The notes under the pieces were generated by a model. That model saw only the letters and a program-made list of their open reading frames with translations. It did no database searches and was not told where the DNA came from. 64,000 bases of DNA from NCBI GenBank assembly GCA_020633625.1, contig JACKDJ010000014.1:18035-82034 (forward strand). Direction: 5' to 3'. Source of the DNA: Myxococcales bacterium. GTDB lineage: Bacteria; Myxococcota_A; Bradymonadia; REDH01. A program made the translations under genes and the position numbers. Shown piece by piece: positions 9,367-19,243 of the stretch (position 1 is its first letter; the number at the start of each line of letters is the position of its first letter).

Positions 9367-12300
9367 TCAACTCTTGTCCGAGTCGTCACCAAAGAGGTCT
9401 GGCTGACCATACACGGGGCCGCGTGGGCCGGCGGGGGTGCCCGCCCCTGCTTCCCGCTCCTCGGCGGCTCGCGCGGCGTTGAGCGCAAACAGCCGGTCGA
9501 TGATCTCGCCTTCGAAGCGCCGCTTCGCGTCCGCCTCGCCTGGGCTCGCGGGATCCTGGAAGGCCGGCGGCTCCAAGTCGCTCCAGCCGTACGCCGCCAG
9601 CACCACGCGATCCATCTGCTCGTGCAGCTCACGCAGGTGGACGATCTCGGCGTCGTCGCACGCCGGATCGCGGAGCCGGTTGTACGTCGTCGTCAGTCCA
9701 ACGTCCGTCGCCACCATGTAGCTGGCGCGCGCCGCGTACAGGGCATCGCCCGCCTGCTCGACCTCCGAGCCGGCCGCGAGCGTGTGCGGGGCAGGGAACG
9801 GGAAGTTCTCGAAGCAATCAGTGGCGGAGTATCGAAGATCAGACTTCATGGACGACGACAGCGTCCAGGACCATCTGACATGCACGCTGGACTGTAGGAC
9901 TGCGAACTCCGCGGTGCCTGAAAGCGGGAACACGAAGAGCTGTTCCGAGAATACGCGATCCGTCGACTGGAACGAGAACATGCAGTGCTTGCTGACGCGC
10001 GCTGTCACAAGACATCGTGAGAGCTTCGTGAGCGCACGGTAGAGCTCCACCCGCTTCTCACCAAACTGCCACCAGAGGCGACGATAGATGTCGCGATTGT
10101 TCCGATCGCGCTCCGGCTTCGCCAGCTCGCGCACCCGCCCGATCAGGTCCGGCCACTGCTCCGCCTCTTCGAGCGTCATCTGGCCGAAGTTGATGACGTA
10201 GCGCTCGAAGTCCTGGGTCGGCGACGAATTGACCTCCTGGCCCCCGATGTACGGGAAGATCCGCTCGGCGTTGCGTGGGTCGCGCGCGCCGAGCTCGTCG
10301 CGCTCCTCCGGCGTCAGCGTGAAGCCCATCCCCAAGACGATGCTGCCCTGGAAGCTCTTCCCCGCGTTTGCACGCAGCGCGACCGGGTCCGGCCGCTCGG
10401 GTCGTGGCGCCAGCCGGCTGTTCAGGGCGGCCACGGCGAGCCCGTTGAGCCGCAGCTCCCCGACGTGCGACCGACACTCTCCGCGGGCGAGGTGGACCGT
10501 GCTGATCGTGACGCCGGCCTCTCCGGGCCACGGCATGGAGTCGACGGCGTCGTAGAGGACCGCGCCGTCACCGACGATCCGCTGCAGTCCCGTCGCGCGC
10601 GTGTCGCCCTGACCGATCGTGTTCGTCGCGATCAGCCCCGCCGTGCCGTGCTCGCCGAGGTAGTGCGCGGCGCGAAGGAAGAAGTGCGCCGAGAGGTCCG
10701 CGTTCCCGTGGGCGCCGGGGTGCACGGCCTGCAGCCACTCGATGTAGTGTGGGCCGCCCGAGGCCGCGATGTTGTTCTTGCCACCGAACGGCGGGTTCCC
10801 AACGAAACAATCGAACCATGCGGCCTTGCCCAACCGGCCGCTCGCCAGCGGGTCCGGTCGCTCGCCGGCGAACACCTCTGGGAACTCCAGCATCCAGTGA
10901 AGCGGCGTGAGCTGCGCTCGCGCCTCGGCCTGCCACAGGTGAAGCTGGGCCGTCGGCGACTCGCGGCTGGCGAGCCAGTCGAGCACTTCCCCGCGCCGGT
11001 TCTGGAGCGCGGCCTTGCGCTCCTGGCGGCGCTCGACCGCGAAGAACGCTCCGACGACGACGTCGGCGAGCAGTCGCGCGCGCTCCATCGCGTCGTCGGC
11101 GTCGCGCAGCAGCCACACCTTACGCTGGGCGTCGACCGCGGAGCGGCTCTGGGCGAGGTCGAGAATCTCCCGGCGCAGCCGCAGCGCGCGCTCGATCGCT
11201 TCGTTGAGCTCGCGCTGGACGATCAGCTGCTGCTTTCCCCCTTCCCACGAAAGGGCCTGGATCTGGTTGATGTCGAGTCCCACCAGCGCGTCGCCATGTC
11301 GCAGCGCGTGGTCGACGAACGTGAACGGCTGGTCTGCCGCGAGCGTGACGAGCCACATCGACAGCTTGGCAAGATCGACGGCGAACCGATTCTTGTCGAC
11401 ACCATACAAGCACCGCTGCGCGACGAGCCGGCGGGCGTGCAAGACGGGGTCCCCGTGCTCGTCGCCGACCTGCTCGACGACGCCTTCGCGGGTCCACGCG
11501 GCGACGACCTCGTCTGCGAGGACGCGGCAGGTCTCGACGAGGAACGCGCCCGACCCCATCGCGGGATCGCAGATCTTGAGCGCCAGCAGCGACTCCGCCG
11601 TCCGCTCCGGGCCCATCGTCGCAAACAGCGGCTCGAGGGCACGCCGCACCATCCTCGAAGAGAGGGACCGCGGGGTGTAGTGCGAGCTCGTCCGACGCCG
11701 CTCCGTCCCGGGCTGCAGCACCAGGCGGTTCTCTTCGCGCCGCTTCGTGCCGCTGCGCCTCTCGGCCTCGAGCGCAGCGAGGCGCTCGGCGTCATCCTCG
11801 GCGGCGCCCCAAGCAGCGGCCAGCGCGGTCGCTCGCGCAGACGACAGCCCCGCCTCCTCTCGCAGCCATGCCACACGCTGAGCTGACGGCACCGACGCGA
11901 GCGCGTCGACGGTGACCCAAACGCCATAGTCCCGCAGACAGACCGCGGCGGCGTCGAGCCGCGCCACATGGTAGCCCATCAGGCGTTCATACACGCTCCC
12001 AATCTGCTCAACGTCGAGAGCCTGATAGCTCAGGCGCTGCCCATCGAGAATGAGCAGCCGACGCAGCACGCCATAGACGGTGGCGTCGTGGATGGCAGGG
12101 GTCCGAACGGTCGCACGCTCCTCGGGCAGCCGCGGCGCGGGCTCGCCGACACGGCGCCCCTCGAGGAACGGAAAGAGCTCGGGATCAAACAACATCCCGT
12201 GTCGCGGAGGCGTCCGCAGATCTCCGAACGTCATCCCGTGGTAGACGGCCCTGAAGAGGGCGAGCAGCCGCGGCCAGGCCCCGAACCGCTCGTGCATCGT

Positions 12301-13311
12301 ATCGGCGTGCGTCGCTGCATCCTCGTGCAGCTGTTCCCACAGCCCCAGGACGCCGAGGTGCGTGCCGTACAGGGGGGCATCGACCGGCATCAAGCCGCGA
12401 TCCTCGGCGTAGAGCAGAAAGACCAGGCGCAACAGCACGGTGAGCAGCGCCCGGTAGACGTGGTCGTCGTCGACCTCGAGTGCAGCGCTCAGCGCTCCGC
12501 CGTCGCCCCGCTCTTCGCACTCTTCGAAGCCGGCCAGCAGCAGCTCGATGGCCTCGAAGACCTGCCGAGCGAGCTCCGCGGTGACGTCGGCTTGCCGGCG
12601 TCGACTGTCGCGCAGGATCGCGTGGAGATCCCGATCGGGAGATGTGAAGACCGTCTGCGCAGAGAGGAGCGAGAGCAAGCCGCCGAAGATGTCTTGGCCG
12701 CCGGGTCCCGCCATGTCGCGGATGCCGAACGTGATCGCGCCCGAGGCCTCTCCGTGGGGGGCCACGACGAGACGGAGCACGTCACCGTTGAACAGCAGCC
12801 CCACCGGGACCTGAACGTGACGGAGCAGTCGCTCGAACTTCGCCGCCGGAGGGTAGTGCCACTCACCAGTGGTCGTCTCGGGGCGGTCCAGGTCGAGCCC
12901 GGAGGGGAGCTCCCACGCGAGCCACACGTACCCGCGGCCGGCGCCCGGCGACGCCGCCTCGCGCTCCAGCTCCGCGGTGTCGGGCGGCGCGACCCGGCGG
13001 AGCGCCCGCGTGGGACGCAGGTGCTGCCGCCCCTCGGGCACCCACAGCGACAGCTCGTCGGGGAGCACCCCGTCGAAGTCGAAGTCGCCCTCTTCGTAGC
13101 CGAGAATCTCGAGCAGCGGGGTCAGGCTTGGGAGCCGCTGGGCGCCGCTTTGGCCGTCGATGAGCGCAGACCGCAGCGCAGCGTGCTCCACGCGAGTCGC
13201 GGGACGGGCACACTGCGCGTCGACCAGGGCCGGGACCGAGACGACGAGCCCCTGAATCGGCTGGACCATGCCGAGCCAGGTTTCGTGAAACCGCCGGTCG
13301 ATGTGACTCAC
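9367..13311 (-). CDS. drmMI: DISARM DrmMI, large N6-adenine DNA methyltransferase
   Basis: Catalytic motif IV NPPF in ...FDCFVGNPPFGGKNNI..., AdoMet-binding region LYGVDKNRFAVDLAKLSMWLV, 1314 aa. Start overlaps the drmD stop by 4 bp. Confidence 0.8.
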   Translation of the reverse strand: MSHIDRRFHETWLGMVQPIQGLVVSVPALVDAQCARPATRVEHAALRSALIDGQSGAQRLPSLTPLLEILGYEEGDFDFDGVLPDELSLWVPEGRQHLRPTRALRRVAPPDTAELEREAASPGAGRGYVWLAWELPSGLDLDRPETTTGEWHYPPAAKFERLLRHVQVPVGLLFNGDVLRLVVAPHGEASGAITFGIRDMAGPGGQDIFGGLLSLLSAQTVFTSPDRDLHAILRDSRRRQADVTAELARQVFEAIELLLAGFEECEERGDGGALSAALEVDDDHVYRALLTVLLRLVFLLYAEDRGLMPVDAPLYGTHLGVLGLWEQLHEDAATHADTMHERFGAWPRLLALFRAVYHGMTFGDLRTPPRHGMLFDPELFPFLEGRRVGEPAPRLPEERATVRTPAIHDATVYGVLRRLLILDGQRLSYQALDVEQIGSVYERLMGYHVARLDAAAVCLRDYGVWVTVDALASVPSAQRVAWLREEAGLSSARATALAAAWGAAEDDAERLAALEAERRSGTKRREENRLVLQPGTERRRTSSHYTPRSLSSRMVRRALEPLFATMGPERTAESLLALKICDPAMGSGAFLVETCRVLADEVVAAWTREGVVEQVGDEHGDPVLHARRLVAQRCLYGVDKNRFAVDLAKLSMWLVTLAADQPFTFVDHALRHGDALVGLDINQIQALSWEGGKQQLIVQRELNEAIERALRLRREILDLAQSRSAVDAQRKVWLLRDADDAMERARLLADVVVGAFFAVERRQERKAALQNRRGEVLDWLASRESPTAQLHLWQAEARAQLTPLHWMLEFPEVFAGERPDPLASGRLGKAAWFDCFVGNPPFGGKNNIAASGGPHYIEWLQAVHPGAHGNADLSAHFFLRAAHYLGEHGTAGLIATNTIGQGDTRATGLQRIVGDGAVLYDAVDSMPWPGEAGVTISTVHLARGECRSHVGELRLNGLAVAALNSRLAPRPERPDPVALRANAGKSFQGSIVLGMGFTLTPEERDELGARDPRNAERIFPYIGGQEVNSSPTQDFERYVINFGQMTLEEAEQWPDLIGRVRELAKPERDRNNRDIYRRLWWQFGEKRVELYRALTKLSRCLVTARVSKHCMFSFQSTDRVFSEQLFVFPLSGTAEFAVLQSSVHVRWSWTLSSSMKSDLRYSATDCFENFPFPAPHTLAAGSEVEQAGDALYAARASYMVATDVGLTTTYNRLRDPACDDAEIVHLRELHEQMDRVVLAAYGWSDLEPPAFQDPASPGEADAKRRFEGEIIDRLFALNAARAAEEREAGAGTPAGPRGPVYGQPDLFGDDSDKS

Positions 13312-16300
13312 GACCGTGTCTCCGGCCAGAGGTAGAGGAGGCCGATCGGCTCGAGCCGGCGGGCTTGGACGTCGTAGAGGGCCCGCAGCTGGCTCGGCTC
13401 CTCGGAGCGCTCGCGCTCGATGTCACGCGACCGCTTCTCCATGTGGTCACGGTCGAGCTCGAGCTGTCGCCGCTGGATGCGGTCCTCGGGCGCAACGCTA
13501 TCGAAGTCGATCGTCAGCTGCGCGACCAGCCCGCGGAGGCGAGTCTGCTGTCTGTCGAGGAGTGCACGCAGATCGCTTGCCTCCTGCTCGCCCCGCGCGC
13601 GCAGCTTTACGACGGCGTCACGCGCGTTCGCCTCGGCCTCGTCGCGCACATGCGGCCAGAGGGTCGCGAAGTCCGCGCCGGCGACGGCCGCGACACGCGC
13701 ACACACGCTCGCGGGGGTCACGAGCCGATCGAACCGGTCGCGGTACGCGTCGTCGAACAGCGAGATCAGCTCGGCTTCGTGCGCAGGCGACACGGGCTCG
13801 AGGTGTGGCGGCTCGCGCGACTCGAGCCAGGGCGCGGCCACGCACACGAGCTCCTCGTGCAGACGCGAAGAGCCGCGGCCAAACAGCGACAGTCGCCCAA
13901 AAGCGAGTACGTGCGGCGTCGACAGTCGGGGTACGCGGGCGACCGCTACCCTGTGGAGCTCATCACCGGCCCAGCCGTGCGCCAGAAAGCGCGACAGTAC
14001 CCGTTGCGCGAGCGGGTGTGCGAGGTGAAGCTGGACCACATCCGCCCGCAGCCGACCGGCCGGCTCGAAGCTGACGGGCAGTGGCGCTCGCTTTCGGTGC
14101 TCCCACAGAGGCTCATCGCGACCACGAGGGGGGCGCGCAGAGTCGAGGGTCGCCTGCCAACCGTTTGGAAACTGCGGGAGCTGCCAGAGTCCGTCGCCGA
14201 GCGAGGCGAGGGGCGAGGTCCCGAGGGGCCTCTGGAGTGCGACGTTCATCCCGGTCTCGATCACCTTGTGAAAGAGGCCGGCGTCGTGGCCCAGCTGGCG
14301 TCGCGATCGGTCGAGCGTTCGGGCGGCGAGGTCGAGGTCTCGGCCCAGCGCAGCGGCGGCCCGCTGCGTCTCTAGCTCGGACGAGACGGCGCCGCGCCGC
14401 GCGCGCGCGCGAGCGTCTATCTCTTCGAGCCGGCCGATGGACGACTCGCGGATCCCGTCTGCGAGCTCGGCGGCGATGTCGTCCATGATCACTGCGCCGA
14501 GCGAGCCGAGCTCGCGCTGGATCACGTCGACCTTTCGGACGAGCGCGGCGAGCACGCGGTCCTCGGCACGCTGCGGGTAGACGAAGTAGTGACAGAACAC
14601 CTCTGCCGCGGGCTGAAGCGCCCGGTCGATGCGGCCGTTCCGCTGCTCCATCCGAGCGGGATTCCAGGGGATGTCGAAGTGGAACAGGGTCGCGCAGGCG
14701 CCCTGCAGGTTCACGCCCTCGCGCGCGGCGTCCGTACAGAGGAGGATTCGCAGGGGGCTCTCGGATGGCGCCGAATTGAACGCGCGCTGGACCTTGTCGC
14801 GGGCGTCGTCCGACATGCCGCCGTGAAAGACGCCGATGCGCTGGTCGGCGTCGGCGGTGTGAGCGACGGCACCCGAGAGCTGGGTTCGAAGGTAGCGGAG
14901 CGTGTCGCCGTACTCGGTGAACACGAGCAGCCGAGTCTCCGACCACGTCGCGTCTGCTCCACAACCGGCGTCGAGCGCGACCGCGGGGCACTGGTGCCGG
15001 CGGATCCAGTCGAACAGGAGCCGTAGCTTCGCGTCAGGCCTGCTCCGCAGGCGGTCGGCGGCGGCCACGAGCTCTTTGAGCAGCTCTGCGGGCACCGTCG
15101 TCGGGTCCAGCCCCATGCTCGCGCTCGCCGCTTCGTCGGCCTCCTCACGGTCGAGCGCGTCGTCGGACTGCCCGTACGCTTCGAGATCGAGATCGAGCGA
15201 GGCTTGGGCGAGGCCCGAGCTGGACTGTGCCGGTCGGTCCTCGAGCGACTCCCGACGCAGGGCTCTCGCGTGCGCCGCGAGCGTTCGAGCGAAGGCCTCG
15301 ACGGACGACAGGAGGCGCTTCTGAAGGTTCACGAAGACCAGGCGCGCGCGGCCGCTGGTTGGCTCGACAGCCTGGCTGTAGGTGCGGAGGAGGGCCGCGA
15401 GCGTGAGCTCGTCGCCCTCGACTCCGCCGAGCTCGACCTCCGTTGCGGAGTCGCCGTCGATAGTGGTCGCGGCTCGCCAGCCGGTGGGATCGTGGCGCAG
15501 CCGATGCTCGACGATCCGACGCTGCGGGAACTCCTCGCCCAGCTTGCGCAGGTCTTCCTTGAGCCGCCGAACCATCACAGGCTCGAGCTGGCGGGCATCG
15601 TCGACTGGCACACCGCGAGTGAAGCGCTGCGGATCCATGATCTCGAGCAGAGCGGAGAAGCTGTTCGAGTGTCCGTTGTGCGGTGTCGCGGAGAGAAAGA
15701 GCCGGTTCTCGAACTTGGGTGCGACCTCGCGCACGACGCCTGTGAGCTGGCTGTCGACTGCGTACTCCGACGCGGTGCTCGGCGCCGCGTGGTGCGCCTC
15801 GTCGAGGATCAGCAGGCTCCGGGCCCGGCGTTCGCCGAGCTGTTGGAGCAGGGGGTCGCGGTGCTCGGGCCGCCTCAGCATCGGGTAAGAGACGATGAAC
15901 CGGGAGTGCGTGGACCACGGGTTCACCGCGAAGCCGCGCTCCTTTCGCCGCTCCGAGACGAACGCGCGGGTGTAGATCTCGAAGCGCTGTCCGAACCGTC
16001 GCTCGAGCTCGTCGCGCCACTGGAGGGTGACCGACGCTGGGCAGACCACCAGCGTGAAGTCGACGCGCTGGCGGAGCGTGAGCTCCTGGAGCACGAGCCC
16101 CGCCTCGATCGTCTTCCCCAGCCCCACATCGTCGGCAATGAAGAGATTGGCTCGCGGCAGGCGCAGCGCCTTGGCGAGCGGGGTGAGCTGGTGGCTGAGC
16201 AGCTTGATCCCGGCACGGAACGGCGCCTGGAACAGGCCGGCGTCGGTAGCCGTGACCGCGTTCCACCGAAGCGCGTAGTACCAAGCCGCGAAGAGGCGAG

Positions 16301-16847
16301 GGTCATCGGTCCCTCTCACGGCGCCGATCCCGTCGGCGTGCTGACGAAGGACCCGCGCGCCAAGCTCGAGCTCCCAGAGGACCTCGAGGGGCCGGCCCTG
16401 GTCGTCATCGTCGAGGCACGTCAGCGAGACCCGGGTCATGTCGTCGCCTGCGGCGCCGGCCTCCACGTCCACGACGAGGTACTGTCGTTGTCGGCACACG
16501 ACGAGGTCGCCGGGTTGCGGCAGCCCGTTGTCGGGGACGGCGGGCGCTGCCCGAAGGCGGGCGAGGTCGGCGTCCAAGTCGGCCGCCGCGAGGATCCGCT
16601 CGACGAGGTCGACGAGGGCACGCCCGCTGTCGGGCAGGCCATGCGCGCGGCACGCGGCGCGGAGCTCGTCGCGCGTGAGCTCGTGCAAGACCTCGTACAT
16701 CTGCCCGCGCACGTCGTGCGCGAACCGCCGCGCCTGCTCGGCCTTCGCGAGGGAGCTGGGCACGACGGCGCCGAACTCGCGCGCCACCTCTGCGATGCGA
16801 GCTTGAGTCAGCGTCTCGACGACGGTCTGTACGGTAGGCGCGAGCAT
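13308..16847 (-). CDS. drmD: DISARM DrmD, SNF2-family helicase
   Basis: SNF2 N-terminal motifs LLSHQLTPL...LFIADDVGLGKTIEAGLVLQEL...LVVCPASVTLQWRDEL, DExH box LLILDEAHHA, helicase-C domain. Start taken at MLAPTVQTV... (ATG 16847). The further upstream ORF-track extension is Arg/Pro-rich and implausible. Confidence 0.85.
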   Translation of the reverse strand: MLAPTVQTVVETLTQARIAEVAREFGAVVPSSLAKAEQARRFAHDVRGQMYEVLHELTRDELRAACRAHGLPDSGRALVDLVERILAAADLDADLARLRAAPAVPDNGLPQPGDLVVCRQRQYLVVDVEAGAAGDDMTRVSLTCLDDDDQGRPLEVLWELELGARVLRQHADGIGAVRGTDDPRLFAAWYYALRWNAVTATDAGLFQAPFRAGIKLLSHQLTPLAKALRLPRANLFIADDVGLGKTIEAGLVLQELTLRQRVDFTLVVCPASVTLQWRDELERRFGQRFEIYTRAFVSERRKERGFAVNPWSTHSRFIVSYPMLRRPEHRDPLLQQLGERRARSLLILDEAHHAAPSTASEYAVDSQLTGVVREVAPKFENRLFLSATPHNGHSNSFSALLEIMDPQRFTRGVPVDDARQLEPVMVRRLKEDLRKLGEEFPQRRIVEHRLRHDPTGWRAATTIDGDSATEVELGGVEGDELTLAALLRTYSQAVEPTSGRARLVFVNLQKRLLSSVEAFARTLAAHARALRRESLEDRPAQSSSGLAQASLDLDLEAYGQSDDALDREEADEAASASMGLDPTTVPAELLKELVAAADRLRSRPDAKLRLLFDWIRRHQCPAVALDAGCGADATWSETRLLVFTEYGDTLRYLRTQLSGAVAHTADADQRIGVFHGGMSDDARDKVQRAFNSAPSESPLRILLCTDAAREGVNLQGACATLFHFDIPWNPARMEQRNGRIDRALQPAAEVFCHYFVYPQRAEDRVLAALVRKVDVIQRELGSLGAVIMDDIAAELADGIRESSIGRLEEIDARARARRGAVSSELETQRAAAALGRDLDLAARTLDRSRRQLGHDAGLFHKVIETGMNVALQRPLGTSPLASLGDGLWQLPQFPNGWQATLDSARPPRGRDEPLWEHRKRAPLPVSFEPAGRLRADVVQLHLAHPLAQRVLSRFLAHGWAGDELHRVAVARVPRLSTPHVLAFGRLSLFGRGSSRLHEELVCVAAPWLESREPPHLEPVSPAHEAELISLFDDAYRDRFDRLVTPASVCARVAAVAGADFATLWPHVRDEAEANARDAVVKLRARGEQEASDLRALLDRQQTRLRGLVAQLTIDFDSVAPEDRIQRRQLELDRDHMEKRSRDIERERSEEPSQLRALYDVQARRLEPIGLLYLWPETRS

Positions 16848-17239
16848 GGGCGGCCCCGACGTAGGCGAGTGCGTGGTTATCTCGCGGTGGCGGGCTGAAC
16901 TCAAGGGGTGGGCGCTCGCGGGGGGCGTGGGTGAGCCGCCCCAACCCAGGCAAATTGCTCCTCGCGAGCGCGCCCACGCGTGCGCGTGCACGCGTGCGCG
17001 AGCATAGTAGCCCACCGGCGACTGCCGGCGGTCCGCAGCGCCCGCGGTGCGTGCGCGGCGAGGGCGACGGCTCAAGTCAGCGCCAACACCGGGCCCGCGC
17101 CACGCACGCAAGGGCGCCCGAGAGGTGCGGCCGCGGGCGTCGCGGGGGCCTGGTCCGGGCCGGCACACCGCCACGGATCGTCGCGAAAAAGCGACACACT
17201 CGATCAAGAGTCACTTGCGCCGGTCTCCGCGGTCGGGTA

Positions 17240-17400
17240 GGGTCCCCGTACCGCTCGTACGGCCGTAGTCGCGTGCGCGCGACCGAACTTAAGAGTTATA
17301 CGGCTTTCGGTTTATTTTTTAGCCATCGTGTATTCGGTTTCCGCCTTCGCGGAATTCGCATGACAGTTTAGCGAAAGCGCGTTCGGGTCTTCATCCCGTT
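17240..17400 (-). promoter_or_regulatory. AT-rich (~50% GC) putative promoter region for the DISARM operon
   Basis: Sharp GC drop (…cttaagagttatacggctttcggtttattttttagccatcgtgtattcgg…) in a ~70% GC genome, in the large non-coding gap 16848-18139 between divergent drmD and the DUF262 gene. No promoter motifs were verified. Confidence 0.3.
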
Positions 17401-17458
17401 GCGCCTAACGTACTCTCGTCTTGTCGAATCGCCGACCGCATGTTCGCCGCATTCGAGC

Positions 17459-17925
17459 GCGCGCTTTGCAGAATCTGCGGACGCGCGCTTTGCAGAATTG
17501 CTAGCCCGCAGCTTGCGAATCCGCTGAGCGCAGCTTTGCAGAGCTGCGATGCGAATCTTGCAGAATCTCTAGTTCGCGTTTCCCGAATCCGCTGAGCGCA
17601 GCTTTGCAGAGCCGCTGACGCGCACTTTGCGGAATCTCTAGTTCGCGTTTTACGAATCCGCTGAGCGTAGCTTTGCAGAGCTGCTGATGCGCACTTTGCG
17701 GAATCTCTAGCCCGCGTTTCGCGAATCCGCTGAGCGCAGCTTTGCAGAGCTGCTGACGCGCACTTTGCGGAATCTCTAGCCCGCGTTTTGCGAACCCGCT
17801 GAACGCAGCTTGGCAGAGCTGCCGATGCGTACTTTGCGGAATCTCTAGCCCGCGTTTTACGAATCCGCTGAGCGCAGCTTGGTAGAGCCGCCGATGGGCG
17901 TTCCGCACGCTCGCGAATCCGCGCA
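17459..17925. repeat. Degenerate tandem array of about 7 copies of a 69-bp unit, non-coding
   Basis: Unit (gcg)cactttgcggaatctctagcccgcgttttgcgaatccgctgagcgcagctttgcagagctgctgac recurs at 17551, 17621, 17690, 17759 and 17828, with more degenerate copies from ~17459. Each unit contains a ~34-bp sub-repeat (…cgcactttgcggaatc… / …cgcagctttgcagagc…). There are no unique spacers, so this is not CRISPR. Overlapping ORF calls (17391..17987, 17501..17926) are low-complexity artefacts. Confidence 0.8.
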
Positions 17926-18139
17926 AAGTTTTTGGTTCGCGTCGCCTGCTCGTTGGTCGCGGTCAACTCGCGTTTGTCATCGTACACGCGGACGGGTCTT
18001 CCACAAGCTCACCGCGCCGCACCGTGGCGCACAGCGTAAGCACTCAGACAAACACGGAGGACTCCGATGCACCCGGACTAGCACATTCTGCCAGAACCTT
18101 CTTTGGCGCCCAACACACACTCCCACCAACGAGTTTTCG

Positions 18140-19174
18140 ATGAAGACTTCTAGTGCAAGCTTCTCCGTCGCCGCTGTCCTCGACTTCATCAACAACAAGA
18201 CCCTCGACCGTGCCCCGGAGTTCCAGCGGGGCGAGGTCTGGCGCACGGCCCAAAAGGCTGCCTTCGTCGACTCGCTCCTGCGCGGCTACCCCGTCCCCGG
18301 CCTCATCTTCGCTGATGACCCGAGTGAGAACAGCGACAGCGAGTGGGTCGTGGTCGACGGGCGGCAGCGCCTGCGGGCGCTGCACGACTACGTCCTCGGC
18401 GCGTTTGCGCTTCCCGAGGCGACACAGCTTCGGGCGCCCCAGTCAGTTCGGACGGCGTCGGCCGATTGGCTCGGCCGTCGCTACGACCAGTTGGCGGCCG
18501 CGGACCAAGAGCGACTGCTCGGCTACGAGCTCGCCGTCACGGTGATGTCCGGTGCGAGCTGGGACGAGGTCCGAGACGCGTTCATCCGCCACCAGGGCGG
18601 CACTCCGCTCGCGCCACAGCAGGTCCGAGACGCCTTCCCCGGCGACGTCGCGGAGCTTGTTCGGCGCGTCGGGGGCTGGCGCATGGCGACTCCGGAGTAC
18701 GACATGGTGCGGCTGTGTCAGAGCGGGGGCGCCGGCAGCTCAGACGAGACGTCAGGGGCAGACCCATACGTCAGGAACCGAGAGTTCTGCGCTCGCCTCC
18801 TCGCCGCGTTCTTCTCCCGGCGGACTCAGCCGGACGTCTTCCCGAGGCTCAACGCGACGGCGATCGACAACCTCTATCACACTCACGTCGTGATCGAGGA
18901 CGCGGATGCCGACGCCTTCTGCTCGACGCTAGCGAAGGCCCGCGAGGCGGTCCTGCGTTGCTACGACCCCCGGAGGCAGATCGTTCGGGTGAACGTCGCC
19001 TGCACGTTCCTCTTCGCCGTCGACCACCCCGACACGCCGGTCGAGCGCATGGCCGCGCGGCTCGCCGAGATTGACGCTCGCCGGCTATCCACCAAGGGGC
19101 TGAGCCTCCAAAACGCGGCTCGACTCGAGAACTACTATCGCAACTTCGCGCGCCAGATGCGTGCACGTCGGTAG
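18140..19174 (+). CDS. DUF262 (ParB-like / GmrSD N-terminal type) domain protein with an uncharacterised C-terminal half
   Basis: N-terminal region FINNKTLDRAPEFQRGEVWRTAQKAAFVDSLLRGYPVPGLIF...WVVVDGRQRLRAL carries the DUF262 QR...DGQQR signature. Start taken at MKTSS (18140); upstream ORF-track residues overlap the repeat array. Local GC is lower than the surroundings. Confidence 0.6.
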   Translation: MKTSSASFSVAAVLDFINNKTLDRAPEFQRGEVWRTAQKAAFVDSLLRGYPVPGLIFADDPSENSDSEWVVVDGRQRLRALHDYVLGAFALPEATQLRAPQSVRTASADWLGRRYDQLAAADQERLLGYELAVTVMSGASWDEVRDAFIRHQGGTPLAPQQVRDAFPGDVAELVRRVGGWRMATPEYDMVRLCQSGGAGSSDETSGADPYVRNREFCARLLAAFFSRRTQPDVFPRLNATAIDNLYHTHVVIEDADADAFCSTLAKAREAVLRCYDPRRQIVRVNVACTFLFAVDHPDTPVERMAARLAEIDARRLSTKGLSLQNAARLENYYRNFARQMRARR

Positions 19175-19243
19175 CCGCAAGCCTCGACACCCCGGGAGGC
19201 CGCGGACGCGGCCTCGAACCTTCCACACAGCGAGGAGAGAGAA

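Noticed and set aside
8348-9370. 340-aa ORF on the minus strand between drmA and drmMI
   Set aside because: Arg-rich, with no motifs. It exactly mirrors the + strand lipoprotein gene, which has a lipobox and an HExxH motif, so it was judged the non-coding shadow.
16850-17400. Small Arg-rich ORFs (16931..17371, 16980..17240, 17047..17268) upstream of drmD; considered as a possible DISARM regulator gene
   Set aside because: Compositionally typical of non-coding high-GC sequence (Arg/Ala/Pro runs), overlapping each other in three frames, with no HTH or other recognisable motif.
17391-17987. ORFs of 198 and 141 aa inside the 69-bp repeat array; also considered as a CRISPR array
   Set aside because: Translations are just the repeat unit (…ALSGFAKRGLEIPQS…). 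Units are contiguous with no unique spacers and are 69 bp long, so this is neither CRISPR nor a credible protein.
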